Sequence record: DRR723986_6279
Length of the DNA: 64,000 bases
Reading direction: 5' to 3' (one strand)
Both the position numbers and the translations under genes were made by a program. Shown here in pieces: positions 1 through 10,753 of this stretch. Position 1 is the stretch's first letter; each line of letters begins with the position of its first letter. Below the pieces are notes generated by a model. The model was not told the DNA's origin, made no database searches, and saw only the letters and a list, made by a program, of their open reading frames with translations.

Positions 1-63
1 TAATCGTTTCGATTCTGATTCTCTACCGTTCTTCGAAGATCCGACTCCTTTCTTATGTGCCAT
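1..63 (-). CDS. rpmA: 50S ribosomal protein L27 (5' part; runs off window start)
   Basis: Manual translation MAHKKGVGSSKNGRESESKRL; directly downstream of rplU; not in ORF track. Confidence 0.95.
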   Translation of the reverse strand, partial: MAHKKGVGSSKNGRESESKRL

Positions 64-99
64 AATTTTATGATTTTAACGCTTATCCGTATTGCAGGA

Positions 100-411
100 T
101 TACGCTTTGATACTATCAATTTTAATTTCAGTCAAATATTGTCTGTGACCGTTTTTCTTTTTATATCCTTTTCTTCTTTTCTTCTTGAAAACGATAACCT
201 TATCACCTTTTAGGTGTCTTACTACTGAAGCAGATACTTTTGCTCCCTTAATAGCTGGGGCGCCAACGTTCACTTTTCCGTCCGAATCAGTTAACAATAC
301 AGTGTCAAAATCTACTTTTGATCCTTCTTCTGCTTGTAATCTGTGAACGAAAACTTGTTGGTCTTTTTCAACTTTAAATTGTTGGCCTGCTATCTCTACA
401 ATTGCGTACAT
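100..411 (-). CDS. rplU: 50S ribosomal protein L21
   Basis: [14 protein letters not shown]...[16 protein letters not shown]; 103 aa. Confidence 0.98.
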   Translation of the reverse strand: MYAIVEIAGQQFKVEKDQQVFVHRLQAEEGSKVDFDTVLLTDSDGKVNVGAPAIKGAKVSASVVRHLKGDKVIVFKKKRRKGYKKKNGHRQYLTEIKIDSIKA

Positions 412-496
412 AACAAATTTTCTTTAATTAATTTTTATCCCATCTTGAGTTTAAATACAAAACGGGAGCGCAAAGATAGAGATTTAATTTTGAATT

Positions 497-1435
497 TTAC
501 CCTTCTTTCACAATATTTTGTGGAGAATTCTTGAGATTTTCCTTTGGTGGACGATTCATTAAGAACACCCCCATGATAATCACAGCAACCCAAATTAAAT
601 TTGCCGGCGGAAAAGTTTCACCGTCCAACACACCGATAAATATAGCTACAATGGGCAACATATAAGAAATTGCTGATGAAAAAATATGGTTTGAAATGGC
701 AATAAGTTTGGTAAAAAGCATAACGGCTACCGCTGTTCCCACCACCGACAGAATTGATAAATACCCAATTGCTTTATAGCCATCTGGATGATCAAATATT
801 GGAGTAAATGCATTGGTTAGTAAAGCCACAATTATTGCTGGACCCAAAATCAACAGAAACGAAAGTGAGGTGATGGCAATTGAAGGCAGGTGATTTAATT
901 TAAATTTAATCGTAGTCAAAGAAATGGCGTAGCCAACTGTCGCCGGGAAAAGAAAAAAGGCATAGCGAATATCCTTGTTTAGCGAAATATCTGATTGGCT
1001 ATTTAAAACGAAAAAGAGTCCAGCAGAACCCAGTCCGAGACCGACCATTTGCAAATAAGTAGGTTTCGATTTATAAAAAACAACTCCAATCAACACCACG
1101 AAAAAAGAGGTAGCCATATTTACCAGCCCAGCTAACGAACTGCTTATACCAGTTTCGGCCAGGGTAAACATCATTGCCGGCATAAAATTCCCAAAAAACC
1201 CTGTCACCAAAAGCAGACCAACCGTTTTCTTAGTAAGATATTTTTTAAACTTTATTGCAATTGGTAAGAGCACCAATCCTGCTATCACGATCCGCAAAGC
1301 TCCCACTTGAAAAGGACCTAAAACTAAGTCCTCTCCCCCTGCGGGATACATGCTTTTTTTTATCAAGATAAATGAACTCCCCCAGGTCAATGACAGGAAG
1401 ATAAAAAGTATCCAAACTAAAGCTTTATTATTCAT
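497..1435 (-). CDS. DMT/EamA family transporter
   Basis: WGSSFILIK motif, about 10 hydrophobic segments, two-repeat layout. Confidence 0.88.
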   Translation of the reverse strand: MNNKALVWILFIFLSLTWGSSFILIKKSMYPAGGEDLVLGPFQVGALRIVIAGLVLLPIAIKFKKYLTKKTVGLLLVTGFFGNFMPAMMFTLAETGISSSLAGLVNMATSFFVVLIGVVFYKSKPTYLQMVGLGLGSAGLFFVLNSQSDISLNKDIRYAFFLFPATVGYAISLTTIKFKLNHLPSIAITSLSFLLILGPAIIVALLTNAFTPIFDHPDGYKAIGYLSILSVVGTAVAVMLFTKLIAISNHIFSSAISYMLPIVAIFIGVLDGETFPPANLIWVAVIIMGVFLMNRPPKENLKNSPQNIVKEG

Positions 1436-1490
1436 TCTTCAATCACAAAGAAACTCTTTTCTAATGATGAGAGAAAGCTTTAATTAAAAA

Positions 1491-1878
1491 TTAAGCAGTT
1501 TTCTTACTGGTGGACATGCCCCCAAAAATGATGAAAATAAGAATTTGGGCTATCGCCACTCCATATAACGCAGCAGCTACCTCATGAATTTGAGACCCAA
1601 CATCATACAGCACTACCGTACCTAAAAAGCCAGCGACAATTGTTGCAAGAATTGAGATGATGCCCAAAAAAAATGGAGCCCTTTTTTCTGACTTTAGCAA
1701 AACTTATAAAACATACTATTAAAGAGGCAGCACTAACTCCCCAACTAATTAGCGTGAACTGAAAAATAAGCTCTACATCCACATAACTTCTGAGAGATAA
1801 TTCGAGCGAGCCATAACTACTCACAAAATAAAGATAGATCGCCCAAACTAAGGCTGTAATAAAAAAGACTATTCTCAT
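1491..1878 (-). pseudogene. Small multi-TM membrane protein split by a frameshift at a T8 run
   Basis: Two overlapping hydrophobic ORFs (1603-1878, 1491-1700) join into one 128-aa ORF if one base is removed from the A8 run at 1666-1673. Confidence 0.6.
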
Positions 1879-2059
1879 AATTATCGACTTTGTCTGGAAT
1901 ATATAAATTATTTCTGATTCACCGGATTAAGATTTAGCTTCATTTTTAGGTATCACTTGAATCAGATTCGGATTCTGAATTTTGTTGATAAAAAGTGATC
2001 GGTCTAACGCTTTTGATTGCATAATATTTATACTTTTAGACCTCTTAAATTTTTGAACT

Positions 2060-2674
2060 ATGCACATAGCAGTCGCTGGAAATATCGGATCTGGAAAAAC
2101 AACGTTAACGAAGCTTTTAGCCAAGCACTATGGCTGGGGAACACACTTTGAAGATGTTGAACAAAATCCGTATTTGAATGACTTCTATGAAGATATGCAA
2201 CGTTGGTCGTTCAACTTACAGGTTTATTATTTGAATAGTAGATTCACTCAAATTCAAGAAATTAAGGGAACAGAGGAAAACGTGATTCAGGACAGAACGA
2301 TTTATGAGGATGCCTACATATTTGCCCCGAATCTACATTCCATGGGTTTAATGACTACTAGAGATTTCGAAAATTATTTTTCGCTTTTTAATTTATTAGA
2401 ATCTTTCATATCTGCTCCGGATGTTTTAATTTATTTAAAGGCTTCTGTTCCAACTTTGGTAAGCCAAATTCAGAAAAGAGGGCGTGAATATGAAGAATCA
2501 ATTCGTTTAGACTATTTGAAAAGGTTGAATGAAAGATATGAAGCATGGATCTCTACCTATGACAAAGGCAAACTAATTGTAATTGATGTTGATGACAACA
2601 ATTTCCATGAAGATGCGGACGACCTAGGTAAGATTATTCACTCAATTGACGCTGAGATTAACGGATTGTTCTAA
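2060..2674 (+). CDS. Deoxynucleoside kinase (dNK family)
   Basis: P-loop GNIGSGKTT, QDRTIYED, RGREYE motifs. Confidence 0.93.
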   Translation: MHIAVAGNIGSGKTTLTKLLAKHYGWGTHFEDVEQNPYLNDFYEDMQRWSFNLQVYYLNSRFTQIQEIKGTEENVIQDRTIYEDAYIFAPNLHSMGLMTTRDFENYFSLFNLLESFISAPDVLIYLKASVPTLVSQIQKRGREYEESIRLDYLKRLNERYEAWISTYDKGKLIVIDVDDNNFHEDADDLGKIIHSIDAEINGLF

Positions 2675-3189
2675 TGAGATTTTCATTCAGGATAATTTTT
2701 CTGGTCTATTTTATTTCAACCTGTTCAATACAGGCCATTGGACAAACAGAAAAAGAAAGAAAATTAGCTGAAAGTGCTTCATCTTATACAGCACAAACAA
2801 TTACAATATTAGATTCCCTTTCCCAATTTTGTGAAAATTTCCGAACCTTAAATGCGAATACAGAGCAACCAGATTTTGGGCCAATGTATGCCGAAATGAA
2901 AATTGTGGATAAACATATTAAAAAAGGAGTTAAGATTTGTAAAAAATTAATGAACCAAATGTCCAAAAGAGACGGCACCTTTACTAAAAAAGAGTTCAAT
3001 GCCTTCGAAGAAATTTACCTGTACGAGCGAGGTCAGGAAGATTTTTATGAATGCTATGAAAACATAATGAATGCTGAGGAAGGTGAGTTTGACAAAGGTA
3101 TGTCTTCTCTTCTCAGCCGTCTTTCTAAAACAAAAGAATACATGAAAGATTATCAAAGAGTTTTAACTAAACTTTTGGCAAGCGATTAA
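2674..3189 (+). CDS. Hypothetical exported helical protein
   Basis: 171-aa ORF with signal-like N-terminus, tightly coupled to both neighbours. Confidence 0.6.
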   Translation: MRFSFRIIFLVYFISTCSIQAIGQTEKERKLAESASSYTAQTITILDSLSQFCENFRTLNANTEQPDFGPMYAEMKIVDKHIKKGVKICKKLMNQMSKRDGTFTKKEFNAFEEIYLYERGQEDFYECYENIMNAEEGEFDKGMSSLLSRLSKTKEYMKDYQRVLTKLLASD

Positions 3190-3191
3190 GC

Positions 3192-3794
3192 ATGAAAATC
3201 AATACTGCAAAATTCGTAATTAGCAATACTGACATCACTAAATGTCCTGAGCCTAACATGCCCGAATATGCTTTTATAGGTCGTTCAAACGTGGGTAAAT
3301 CATCTTTGATCAACATGTTAACCAATCATAAAAGTTTGGCAAAGACATCAGGAAAACCAGGAAAGACACAACTCATTAATCACTTTCTTATTAATGACGA
3401 TTGGTATTTGGTTGATCTTCCAGGTTATGGATATGCAAAAACGGGGAAAACCCAAAGAATGAAATGGGAAAAGTTCATTCAAGAATATCTTGAAAAAAGA
3501 GAAAACCTGTTGAACGTTTTTGTTTTGATTGATAGCCGATTAGAGCCGCAACAAATTGACTTAAATTTCATGGGCTATCTCGGCGAAAAAGGAATCCCGT
3601 TTTCAATGGTGTTCACGAAGCTCGACAAATTAAGACCAGGGCAAAAAGGAGCCTTCTATCCAAGATACAAAAGAGAAATGCTAAAAATCTGGGAAGAAAT
3701 GCCGCCGCATTTTATCACCTCAGCAGTCGATACTTCTGGCAAAGAAGAATTACTTGATTATATCGAAGAGGTGAATGGGATATTTGAGGGATAA
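3192..3794 (+). CDS. engB: Ribosome biogenesis GTPase EngB (YihA/YsxC)
   Basis: GRSNVGKSS, DLPGYG, TKLDK motifs. Confidence 0.95.
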   Translation: MKINTAKFVISNTDITKCPEPNMPEYAFIGRSNVGKSSLINMLTNHKSLAKTSGKPGKTQLINHFLINDDWYLVDLPGYGYAKTGKTQRMKWEKFIQEYLEKRENLLNVFVLIDSRLEPQQIDLNFMGYLGEKGIPFSMVFTKLDKLRPGQKGAFYPRYKREMLKIWEEMPPHFITSAVDTSGKEELLDYIEEVNGIFEG

Positions 3795-3897
3795 CTTGAT
3801 TCTATTACATTCTAATAAATAAGACTTACCGAACAATCATCATCCCGGCTTGTTTCGAGCAATTTCATATCTTTAAGAAACTCCAAAACTTTATTTC

Positions 3898-5280
3898 ATG
3901 AAAAATCTACTCATTCTTTATGTTACTCTTGGTTTAAACTTGGCCTTTGGGCAGGGAGAATTTAATAATTGGCATTTTGGTAATCAAGCAGGAATCAATT
4001 TTAACACTAATCCGGCAACACCTTTGACAAGCAGTGCAATGTCTACTTTTGAAAGTTGTTCGAGTTTATCAGATGCAAATGGAAACTTATTATTCTATAC
4101 AAACGGTGGTCCTTTTAATTTCTTAGGCCCCAATACAGGAGGAGTATGGAATAGCAACCATCAATTGATGCCTAATGGAGATTTATCTGCATCAACCACG
4201 AGTTGTAATAGCGCTCAACAGGGAGCTCTGGTTATACCTGACCCTGCTATGAATGACCAATATTATATTTTTACAGTTGATCCAGCAGACAACCCTGTGA
4301 CATCTGGAACTGGTGGCCTCAGATATCACAAAGTGGATATGACCTTAGATGGAGGTTCTGGTGATGTTACGTTAAAAGATGTGCCAGTCATACCGAATAC
4401 TGTGCTCACGGAAGGACTATTAGCAGTTCGCCATTCTAATCAAACAGATTTTTGGGTAATCGTTAGTGAAAGCGGGACTAATTATTATCACTCGGTTTTG
4501 GTGAATAGCGCAGGCGTCCAGCCACCGATCACAAGCACTATTGGAAACAGTTTAAATCAACAAGCAGCGACATTCTGCTCAAATTCATGTGGTACAACTC
4601 TAGCCATCACTTACTTCACAAATGAATCATTTTTGGTAGACTTCAATAACACCTCTGGATTCTTATCGAATCCCTTTTATTTGGGAGTATTAGAGAGCTC
4701 TGGTTGCGCATTCTCACCTAATGACCAGTTTCTTTATATAAGCGATTTCAATGGAGACATATTTCAATTTGATCTTTATTCAGCAAACATAGTGGCAAGC
4801 AGTATAATTATTGGAAACGACTTAGCGTTGACTGGAAGTCTACGATTAGCACCAGATGGCAAAATATATTATCCTAGATTTACAAGGCCTCACTTAGGAG
4901 CTATTGAAAACCCTAATAGCCTCGGCATTTCTTGTAATTTGGATTCAAATAGCATAGCGCTTCCTGGGTCCAACGCGTTAGCCTTACCAAACTTTTACTT
5001 TAAAACTAATTGCGAACCTTCTTCAATATCTAATGGCAACACAGAAAGACTCCGTATATCGCCTAACCCTTTTATAAACCAAATAATTTTGGAATCCGGT
5101 GCAAATGACCCTATCAATAAGGTTAATATTTATACTCTTTCAGGTTCTGTAATTTGGTCAAACACCTACTTAAACACAACTGAAATAGGTCTTGACTTGA
5201 ATCTTGAAAGTGGAACCTATATTCTAGAAACAATCAATTCAAAAGGTTATAGCGAAAAATCGAAAATCGTTAAACTATAA
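3898..5280 (+). CDS. Secreted beta-propeller-like protein with T9SS type A C-terminal domain
   Basis: Signal peptide, NWHFG start, LAPDGKIY, C-terminal ISPNP...SGTYIL...KIVKL. Confidence 0.75.
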   Translation: MKNLLILYVTLGLNLAFGQGEFNNWHFGNQAGINFNTNPATPLTSSAMSTFESCSSLSDANGNLLFYTNGGPFNFLGPNTGGVWNSNHQLMPNGDLSASTTSCNSAQQGALVIPDPAMNDQYYIFTVDPADNPVTSGTGGLRYHKVDMTLDGGSGDVTLKDVPVIPNTVLTEGLLAVRHSNQTDFWVIVSESGTNYYHSVLVNSAGVQPPITSTIGNSLNQQAATFCSNSCGTTLAITYFTNESFLVDFNNTSGFLSNPFYLGVLESSGCAFSPNDQFLYISDFNGDIFQFDLYSANIVASSIIIGNDLALTGSLRLAPDGKIYYPRFTRPHLGAIENPNSLGISCNLDSNSIALPGSNALALPNFYFKTNCEPSSISNGNTERLRISPNPFINQIILESGANDPINKVNIYTLSGSVIWSNTYLNTTEIGLDLNLESGTYILETINSKGYSEKSKIVKL

Positions 5281-5458
5281 CATTGGCCATTAATTAAGGA
5301 AATGGAGCATTGATAAGCAACCTTTCAATCGAGGTTAACTCGGTTTTATTATTTCTATATACTTGGCTTCTTAGACAGAAATTTAAGGACAATCAATTTA
5401 GATTCTCTTAAACATTTAGTGACCAAAGTTGTTTTAGTTATAAATAAGTCCAAAATCT

Positions 5459-5629
5459 ATGTTTAAATTATTCAAGAAAAAATCAGCTGTTGATCAGCTC
5501 TATGATGAACATGAAAAATTGCTAAAAGAAGCTTTCGAACTCTCAAAAACAGATAGAAAAGCCAGTGATCAAAAACATTCAGAAGCTGAAGCTGTTTTGA
5601 AAAGAATCGAAATAGCAGAACTCAAATAG
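5459..5629 (+). CDS. Small helical protein, Lacal_2735-like family (56 aa)
   Basis: Manual translation MFKLFKKKSAVDQLYDEHEKLLKEAFELSKTDRKASDQKHSEAEAVLKRIEIAELK; below ORF-track cutoff; family recognised from memory. Confidence 0.75.
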   Translation: MFKLFKKKSAVDQLYDEHEKLLKEAFELSKTDRKASDQKHSEAEAVLKRIEIAELK

Positions 5630-5764
5630 CAAATCGAGGAATGCAATTCCCTCATAATTGTGAAATATCCATTTTCAATTGAAAGCTTTGGTTAATTATT
5701 TCGTCTGAATTTCAGATGGCGGATTTTTATCCGTATCTTGAAACCCTCTCAAAAAACAGAGCCC

Positions 5765-8700
5765 ATGAACCTCTTAAAAATTACACTTACAACTACTATT
5801 ATTGCTTTATCATTCTTTGTTCAATCTCAAGAACGAGATGTACTACTATTTAAGTCTGGTGAGGTAGAACCTATTTTTAATAATTCTATATCGGTAGATC
5901 ACAATTATTTAGACACTGAACTGGTAGGGGATAATTATTATCGAATCATTTTATTTAACGAAATACCAAATCAAACTTTTTTGAATGACTTGGCCGTTAA
6001 CGGTATAGACCTATTGATGTATTTACCGCGCAATGCTTATTACGCGTCTATCAATAAAAACTCAGATTTAAGTATCCTAAATAATAAGATCAAATCTATA
6101 TTCAAGTTAGACAACAAACAGAAACAATCTAAAAAATTAGCAAATCAAGACTATCCTGATTGGGCATTACAAGGGAACAATTCTTTATTAGTAAATGCGG
6201 TTTATTATGATAATGTAAGTCCAGAATATGTTGAGGCTAATGTTCAAAAAATAAACGGCGTTACATTTATTGGTGATAAAACGGGAAACAGAGTGGAGTT
6301 AAAAGTTGAATTAGATCAACTGAACAACTTATTTGAAATTCCGTACTTCTATTATTTTGAAGAGATAGATGCACCGTCTGAACCTGAAAATTTGGTGGGT
6401 GTTACTAATCACAGATCTAACAATTTAGCAACCTCGTATGCTAATGGGTTGCAATATGATGGAACTGGAGTTACAGTTATGCTCCAAGACAACAGTCTAT
6501 TAGACGATCACATTGATTACACAGGTAGATTTTTTGATCAACCTTCAGCATCCCAATCAGGAGATCATGGAGAACATTGTGGCGGTATTTTAGCGGGTGC
6601 TGGAAATCTAGACCCAACTGCCAGAGGAATGGCTTATGGGGCTGATGTATTAGTTTTTGGTTCAAGCAATGCGAATTATGATGATGTTCCAGCCCTTTAT
6701 GCTTCAAATAATTTGACCATTACTTCTAAAAGTTATGGAGATGGATTAAATGGTGGTTATACTTCTTTAGCAAGTGAGCTGGATGAACAAATACATGACA
6801 TGCCGTCTTTAGTGCACGTTTTCTCTTGCGGAAATTCAGGAACGAGCAGCACAGGAGCTGCAGGAGCAGGTTGGTACAACATTACTGGAGGACATAAAAC
6901 TGGTAAGAACGTTATTGCTTGTGGGAACCTTACGCAATCAGATGTTATTTCAAATTCAAGTAGTAGAGGTCCTAGTGAAGACGGTAGAATTAAACCCGAC
7001 ATTTGTGCTGTTGGTTCATCTGTTTATTCAACTACTGACCCTAATAATTACGAACTAAAATCTGGAACTTCTATGGCTTGTCCTGGAGTTGCTGGAACAC
7101 TAGCTCAACTTTACCATGCTTACAAAGATTTGAATGGTGGATCCAATCCAAACTCAGGTTTGATGAAAGCAACAATATTGAATACTGCTGATGACTTAGG
7201 AAATGTTGGACCTGATTATATATACGGTTGGGGACGTATAAATGCGAGAAGAGCCTATAACTTAATTTCTAACAATTACTATATCGCTGGATCATCTACC
7301 CAAGGGGCAACAAACAATCACACCATTAATGTTCCGGCAGGAACTGATCAGGTAAAAATAATGCTGTATTGGTTAGATGTTGAGGGATCAGCGGGAGCTT
7401 CACCAGCCTTAGTAAATGATTTAGATTTAGTTGTAACTGACCCTTCAGTCACTACTCATAACCCATATATTTTAGATCAATCTTTTTCGGCAGCGGCCCT
7501 AGATGCTCCTGCAACAACAGGTGTTGATCACACAAACAATATGGAGCAAGTTGTGATTGATAATCCAGCAGCAGGAACCTACGACATTGATGTAACTGGT
7601 TTTGCTATTCCATTTGGAGCACAAGAGTATTACGTGGTTTATGAATTCGTCACTGACGAGGTGGTGCTTACTTATCCTATAGGTGGAGAAGGGTTTGACC
7701 ATACTGAGGACGAAAGAATCAGATGGGATGCTTTTGGGAATTCTGGAACATTTAATTTAGAGTATTCTATTGACAACGGATCAAATTGGTTAACCATTGA
7801 CAACTCTGTAAGTGCCAGTACAAGATTCTATGACTGGAATGTTCCGAACGTTGTTACAGGAGAGGCCTTAGTTAGAATCACAAGAGGGGCTAGCACCAGT
7901 CAAAGTCATGCACCATTTTCAATAATTGGAGTACCGACCGGACTTTCTGTAAATTATGCCTGTCCAGATTCAATGGAGGTGTCGTGGAATGCCGTTTCTG
8001 GAGCCACTGGATATGAAGTAAGCTTATTAGGGACGAAATACATGGATTCTGTAGGAACTGGAACTGGAACAAGCTTGGTGATTGCCGCGAACGCGTCAGT
8101 TGACCATTGGTGGAGCGTTAAGGCACTTGGACCAAACGATTGCGAAGGAAGAAGGGCCTTAGCAGTATATCAAGGTGCTGGAGTATTTAATTGTGTTATC
8201 CCAATTGATGCCGGAATTTCAGATAATATGGACTTAAACGGAACAAGTTTAACCGCATGCACTCAAAATGGTGATATTACTATTGAAGCTGTAATCACAA
8301 ACAATGGTAATTCAAGTATTTCAAATGTTCCGGTTCATTTCCAACACAATGGTGGGACAATAGTTAACGAAACCGTGACAAGTACGATTCCACCAAGTGG
8401 TACTTTTGTATACACTTTTACTTCAACTGTTACACCGACTTCTGGCAGTAACGACTTGGCTGTTTGGGTTGATTTAATGAGTGATGGCAACTCATTAAAC
8501 GACACTACATACTCTAACTTCAACTACTCTACTTCTGCTCCGGTAACTCTTCCTTGGTCAGAAGATTTTGAATCTTTTTCTGGATGCGGAACCGCAAATG
8601 ATTGTGAAGCTGAAGTCTGCACGCTCAATAACAACTTCATTAATGAGACGAATGGCTCGGTAGATGATGTTGATTGGAGAACCAACTCAGGAGACACTCC

Positions 8701-9358
8701 ATCTAATACCACAGGCCCTACTACAGATTATTTACCTGGAACTACGCTTGGAAACTACCTATATATAGAAGCTTCCGGTTCTTGTGACAACAAGACGGCA
8801 ATGTTAACATCTCCATGTATTGATTTGACTAACGAAATAACTTGTCTATTAGAATTTGCTTACCACATGATGGGTGATGATATGGGTGATTTACATCTTG
8901 ATTTATACATGAATGGATCTTGGATTCAAGATATCATTCCTCCATTTATTGACGAGCAAGGAGCCAATTGGAATCAAGTTGTTGTTGATTTAGGTGCGTA
9001 TGTTGGAAACACAGTAACATTGCGTTGGAGAGGAACTACTGCAAACGGGTATTCAGGTGATATTGCCATTGACGCCATCAACATGTTTAACACAGCAGAC
9101 ATAACGGATTTAAATGGCAGTGAAGACTTCAAAATATTCCCAAATCCGTCTGAAGGAATTTTTAATTTTAATTATACAGGAAAGGAAGACTTGAGTATTT
9201 CTATAGTTGACGCTAGCGGAGCACAAGTTTACATGACAAATTTGAATGCTGACATGAAATCAGGAACAATCGATCTGACAGAATATGCCAACGGTGTTTA
9301 CATCATGACTATGACCTCAGAGGCTACTACCTACAGTAGAAAAATTGTGAAAAGGTAA
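5765..9358 (+). CDS. S8 (subtilisin-like) serine peptidase with MAM-like domain and T9SS type A CTD
   Basis: HGEHCGG, SSRGP..DGRIKPD, GTSMACP; GDIAIDAI MAM-like end; IFPNP...KIVKR. ATG 5765 preferred over TTG 5738. Confidence 0.9.
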   Translation: MNLLKITLTTTIIALSFFVQSQERDVLLFKSGEVEPIFNNSISVDHNYLDTELVGDNYYRIILFNEIPNQTFLNDLAVNGIDLLMYLPRNAYYASINKNSDLSILNNKIKSIFKLDNKQKQSKKLANQDYPDWALQGNNSLLVNAVYYDNVSPEYVEANVQKINGVTFIGDKTGNRVELKVELDQLNNLFEIPYFYYFEEIDAPSEPENLVGVTNHRSNNLATSYANGLQYDGTGVTVMLQDNSLLDDHIDYTGRFFDQPSASQSGDHGEHCGGILAGAGNLDPTARGMAYGADVLVFGSSNANYDDVPALYASNNLTITSKSYGDGLNGGYTSLASELDEQIHDMPSLVHVFSCGNSGTSSTGAAGAGWYNITGGHKTGKNVIACGNLTQSDVISNSSSRGPSEDGRIKPDICAVGSSVYSTTDPNNYELKSGTSMACPGVAGTLAQLYHAYKDLNGGSNPNSGLMKATILNTADDLGNVGPDYIYGWGRINARRAYNLISNNYYIAGSSTQGATNNHTINVPAGTDQVKIMLYWLDVEGSAGASPALVNDLDLVVTDPSVTTHNPYILDQSFSAAALDAPATTGVDHTNNMEQVVIDNPAAGTYDIDVTGFAIPFGAQEYYVVYEFVTDEVVLTYPIGGEGFDHTEDERIRWDAFGNSGTFNLEYSIDNGSNWLTIDNSVSASTRFYDWNVPNVVTGEALVRITRGASTSQSHAPFSIIGVPTGLSVNYACPDSMEVSWNAVSGATGYEVSLLGTKYMDSVGTGTGTSLVIAANASVDHWWSVKALGPNDCEGRRALAVYQGAGVFNCVIPIDAGISDNMDLNGTSLTACTQNGDITIEAVITNNGNSSISNVPVHFQHNGGTIVNETVTSTIPPSGTFVYTFTSTVTPTSGSNDLAVWVDLMSDGNSLNDTTYSNFNYSTSAPVTLPWSEDFESFSGCGTANDCEAEVCTLNNNFINETNGSVDDVDWRTNSGDTPSNTTGPTTDYLPGTTLGNYLYIEASGSCDNKTAMLTSPCIDLTNEITCLLEFAYHMMGDDMGDLHLDLYMNGSWIQDIIPPFIDEQGANWNQVVVDLGAYVGNTVTLRWRGTTANGYSGDIAIDAINMFNTADITDLNGSEDFKIFPNPSEGIFNFNYTGKEDLSISIVDASGAQVYMTNLNADMKSGTIDLTEYANGVYIMTMTSEATTYSRKIVKR

Positions 9359-9703
9359 CTAGCTTAAAGGAGGAAGAATATTCATCTTTTCTGCGAAATG
9401 AGCACAGTAATCTTTTAAATCTTCGGTAATGTTTTTTTCACCGGTGGCTCTTTCAAAAGTATCTGCCATGGTAAGCAATGTTTGATGAAAAAATTTTTTC
9501 ATTTCGTCTACGGTCATTTCTTTGTTCCAAAGATCTATCCGCATGGCATTCATTTCTTTTTCATCCCAGAACGAGAGAATCATTGCTTTTGCTGAAGCGT
9601 TATCCACACCACCATCTTCTGCTGTCCACGTAATTTTTTCTGGAATATTATTTTCGTTGGTCAGTACTTCAACTCGGATTTCGGATTTTTTTAAGTTACT
9701 CAT
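9359..9703 (-). CDS. gldC: Gliding motility protein GldC
   Basis: PEKITWTAEDGG, RIDLWNKEMTVDEMKKFFHQ; overlaps gldB end. Confidence 0.92.
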   Translation of the reverse strand: MSNLKKSEIRVEVLTNENNIPEKITWTAEDGGVDNASAKAMILSFWDEKEMNAMRIDLWNKEMTVDEMKKFFHQTLLTMADTFERATGEKNITEDLKDYCAHFAEKMNILPPLS

Positions 9704-10706
9704 CTTCTGGTTTATATGTTTTTAAAAATTTAGACTCATTTGATTCATTGATTAGGTCAAGCACTGTGACCTCCTCATTCTTCTCCATATATTGTCGGAT
9801 CATTTGCCAGCCCATAAATCTACCAATTCTTCCTGGAGAACCTTCAATACCAACCGTAGTGGGGGCTTCTTCAAAAAAACGTAGTTTGACCTTCATTTCT
9901 GTGGTGTAAACCCAATTCATATCTTTTAAATATTGCCAAATATTAGCTTCACTGGCAATTGCCCAATCATACTCTTCTTCAGTATATCTCACTTTTAAAT
10001 GATCAGGTAAATCTGGCATCATGGCATCTATCACGTAACAAAGTTTACCATAATAAATCATACTTTTCAGAAAGGTATCATCTGGATTTTCTCCCAAAAT
10101 GTTTGTTGCCAACCATGAATGAGCAACATCTATTGGTAAATATTCTTTTTCCATTTTTTCTTTCATATAAACTGGAAAACCAAGTTGTTTAATTATGCGA
10201 TTAAATTGACCCAGATACATATCTAGTCCAATTCCAATTTTTGAATCTGTAGAAATAACCCCATAATTGAAAGCGGAATTATAAGTAATTACCCTCTCCG
10301 GTAACGGTGCATTTGGTAAGTGATACTTGAGATGTTTGAACATATCTATTATTTGTTCTTCTTCAGTTTCAAAAGACCTAAACTCAGCTGAAATATCTTC
10401 ATAAGCCATTTTCATAGAGCTATCAGTAACAAAGTAATAAAGATATGTCCCAATAGAATCATCATAGACTGATCCAGATCTTAACATTTCAAACACATAA
10501 AACTCATAAAGCTCTCCACCAAAGTCAATCAACTCTTTATTTAATGCGCTCATTTCATCTGCAGAGGCCACCTTGAACATTTTTTGTTCAAATCTTTCAA
10601 ATTCTAAGTCTAATTCAACATCTGACACATCAACATCCAATGGATCGGACGAACAGCCTGTAATCAGCAGTAGAACAAAGATTATTGAATACAAAGGACA
10701 CCTCAT
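9696..10706 (-). CDS. gldB: Gliding motility lipoprotein GldB
   Basis: Lipobox ITGC, IGLDMYLG, SPGRIGRFMGWQM; upstream of gldC. Confidence 0.88.
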   Translation of the reverse strand: MRCPLYSIIFVLLLITGCSSDPLDVDVSDVELDLEFERFEQKMFKVASADEMSALNKELIDFGGELYEFYVFEMLRSGSVYDDSIGTYLYYFVTDSSMKMAYEDISAEFRSFETEEEQIIDMFKHLKYHLPNAPLPERVITYNSAFNYGVISTDSKIGIGLDMYLGQFNRIIKQLGFPVYMKEKMEKEYLPIDVAHSWLATNILGENPDDTFLKSMIYYGKLCYVIDAMMPDLPDHLKVRYTEEEYDWAIASEANIWQYLKDMNWVYTTEMKVKLRFFEEAPTTVGIEGSPGRIGRFMGWQMIRQYMEKNEEVTVLDLINESNESKFLKTYKPEDE

Positions 10707-10753
10707 TGACGATAATTTCTTATTATTGCGTGTACAAAATAAACAAGAATATT

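Noticed and set aside
1681-1687. A-AAA-AAG slippery site as a programmed -1 frameshift joining the two ORFs
   Set aside because: The downstream ORF is in the +1 frame, so a -1 shift would not reach it
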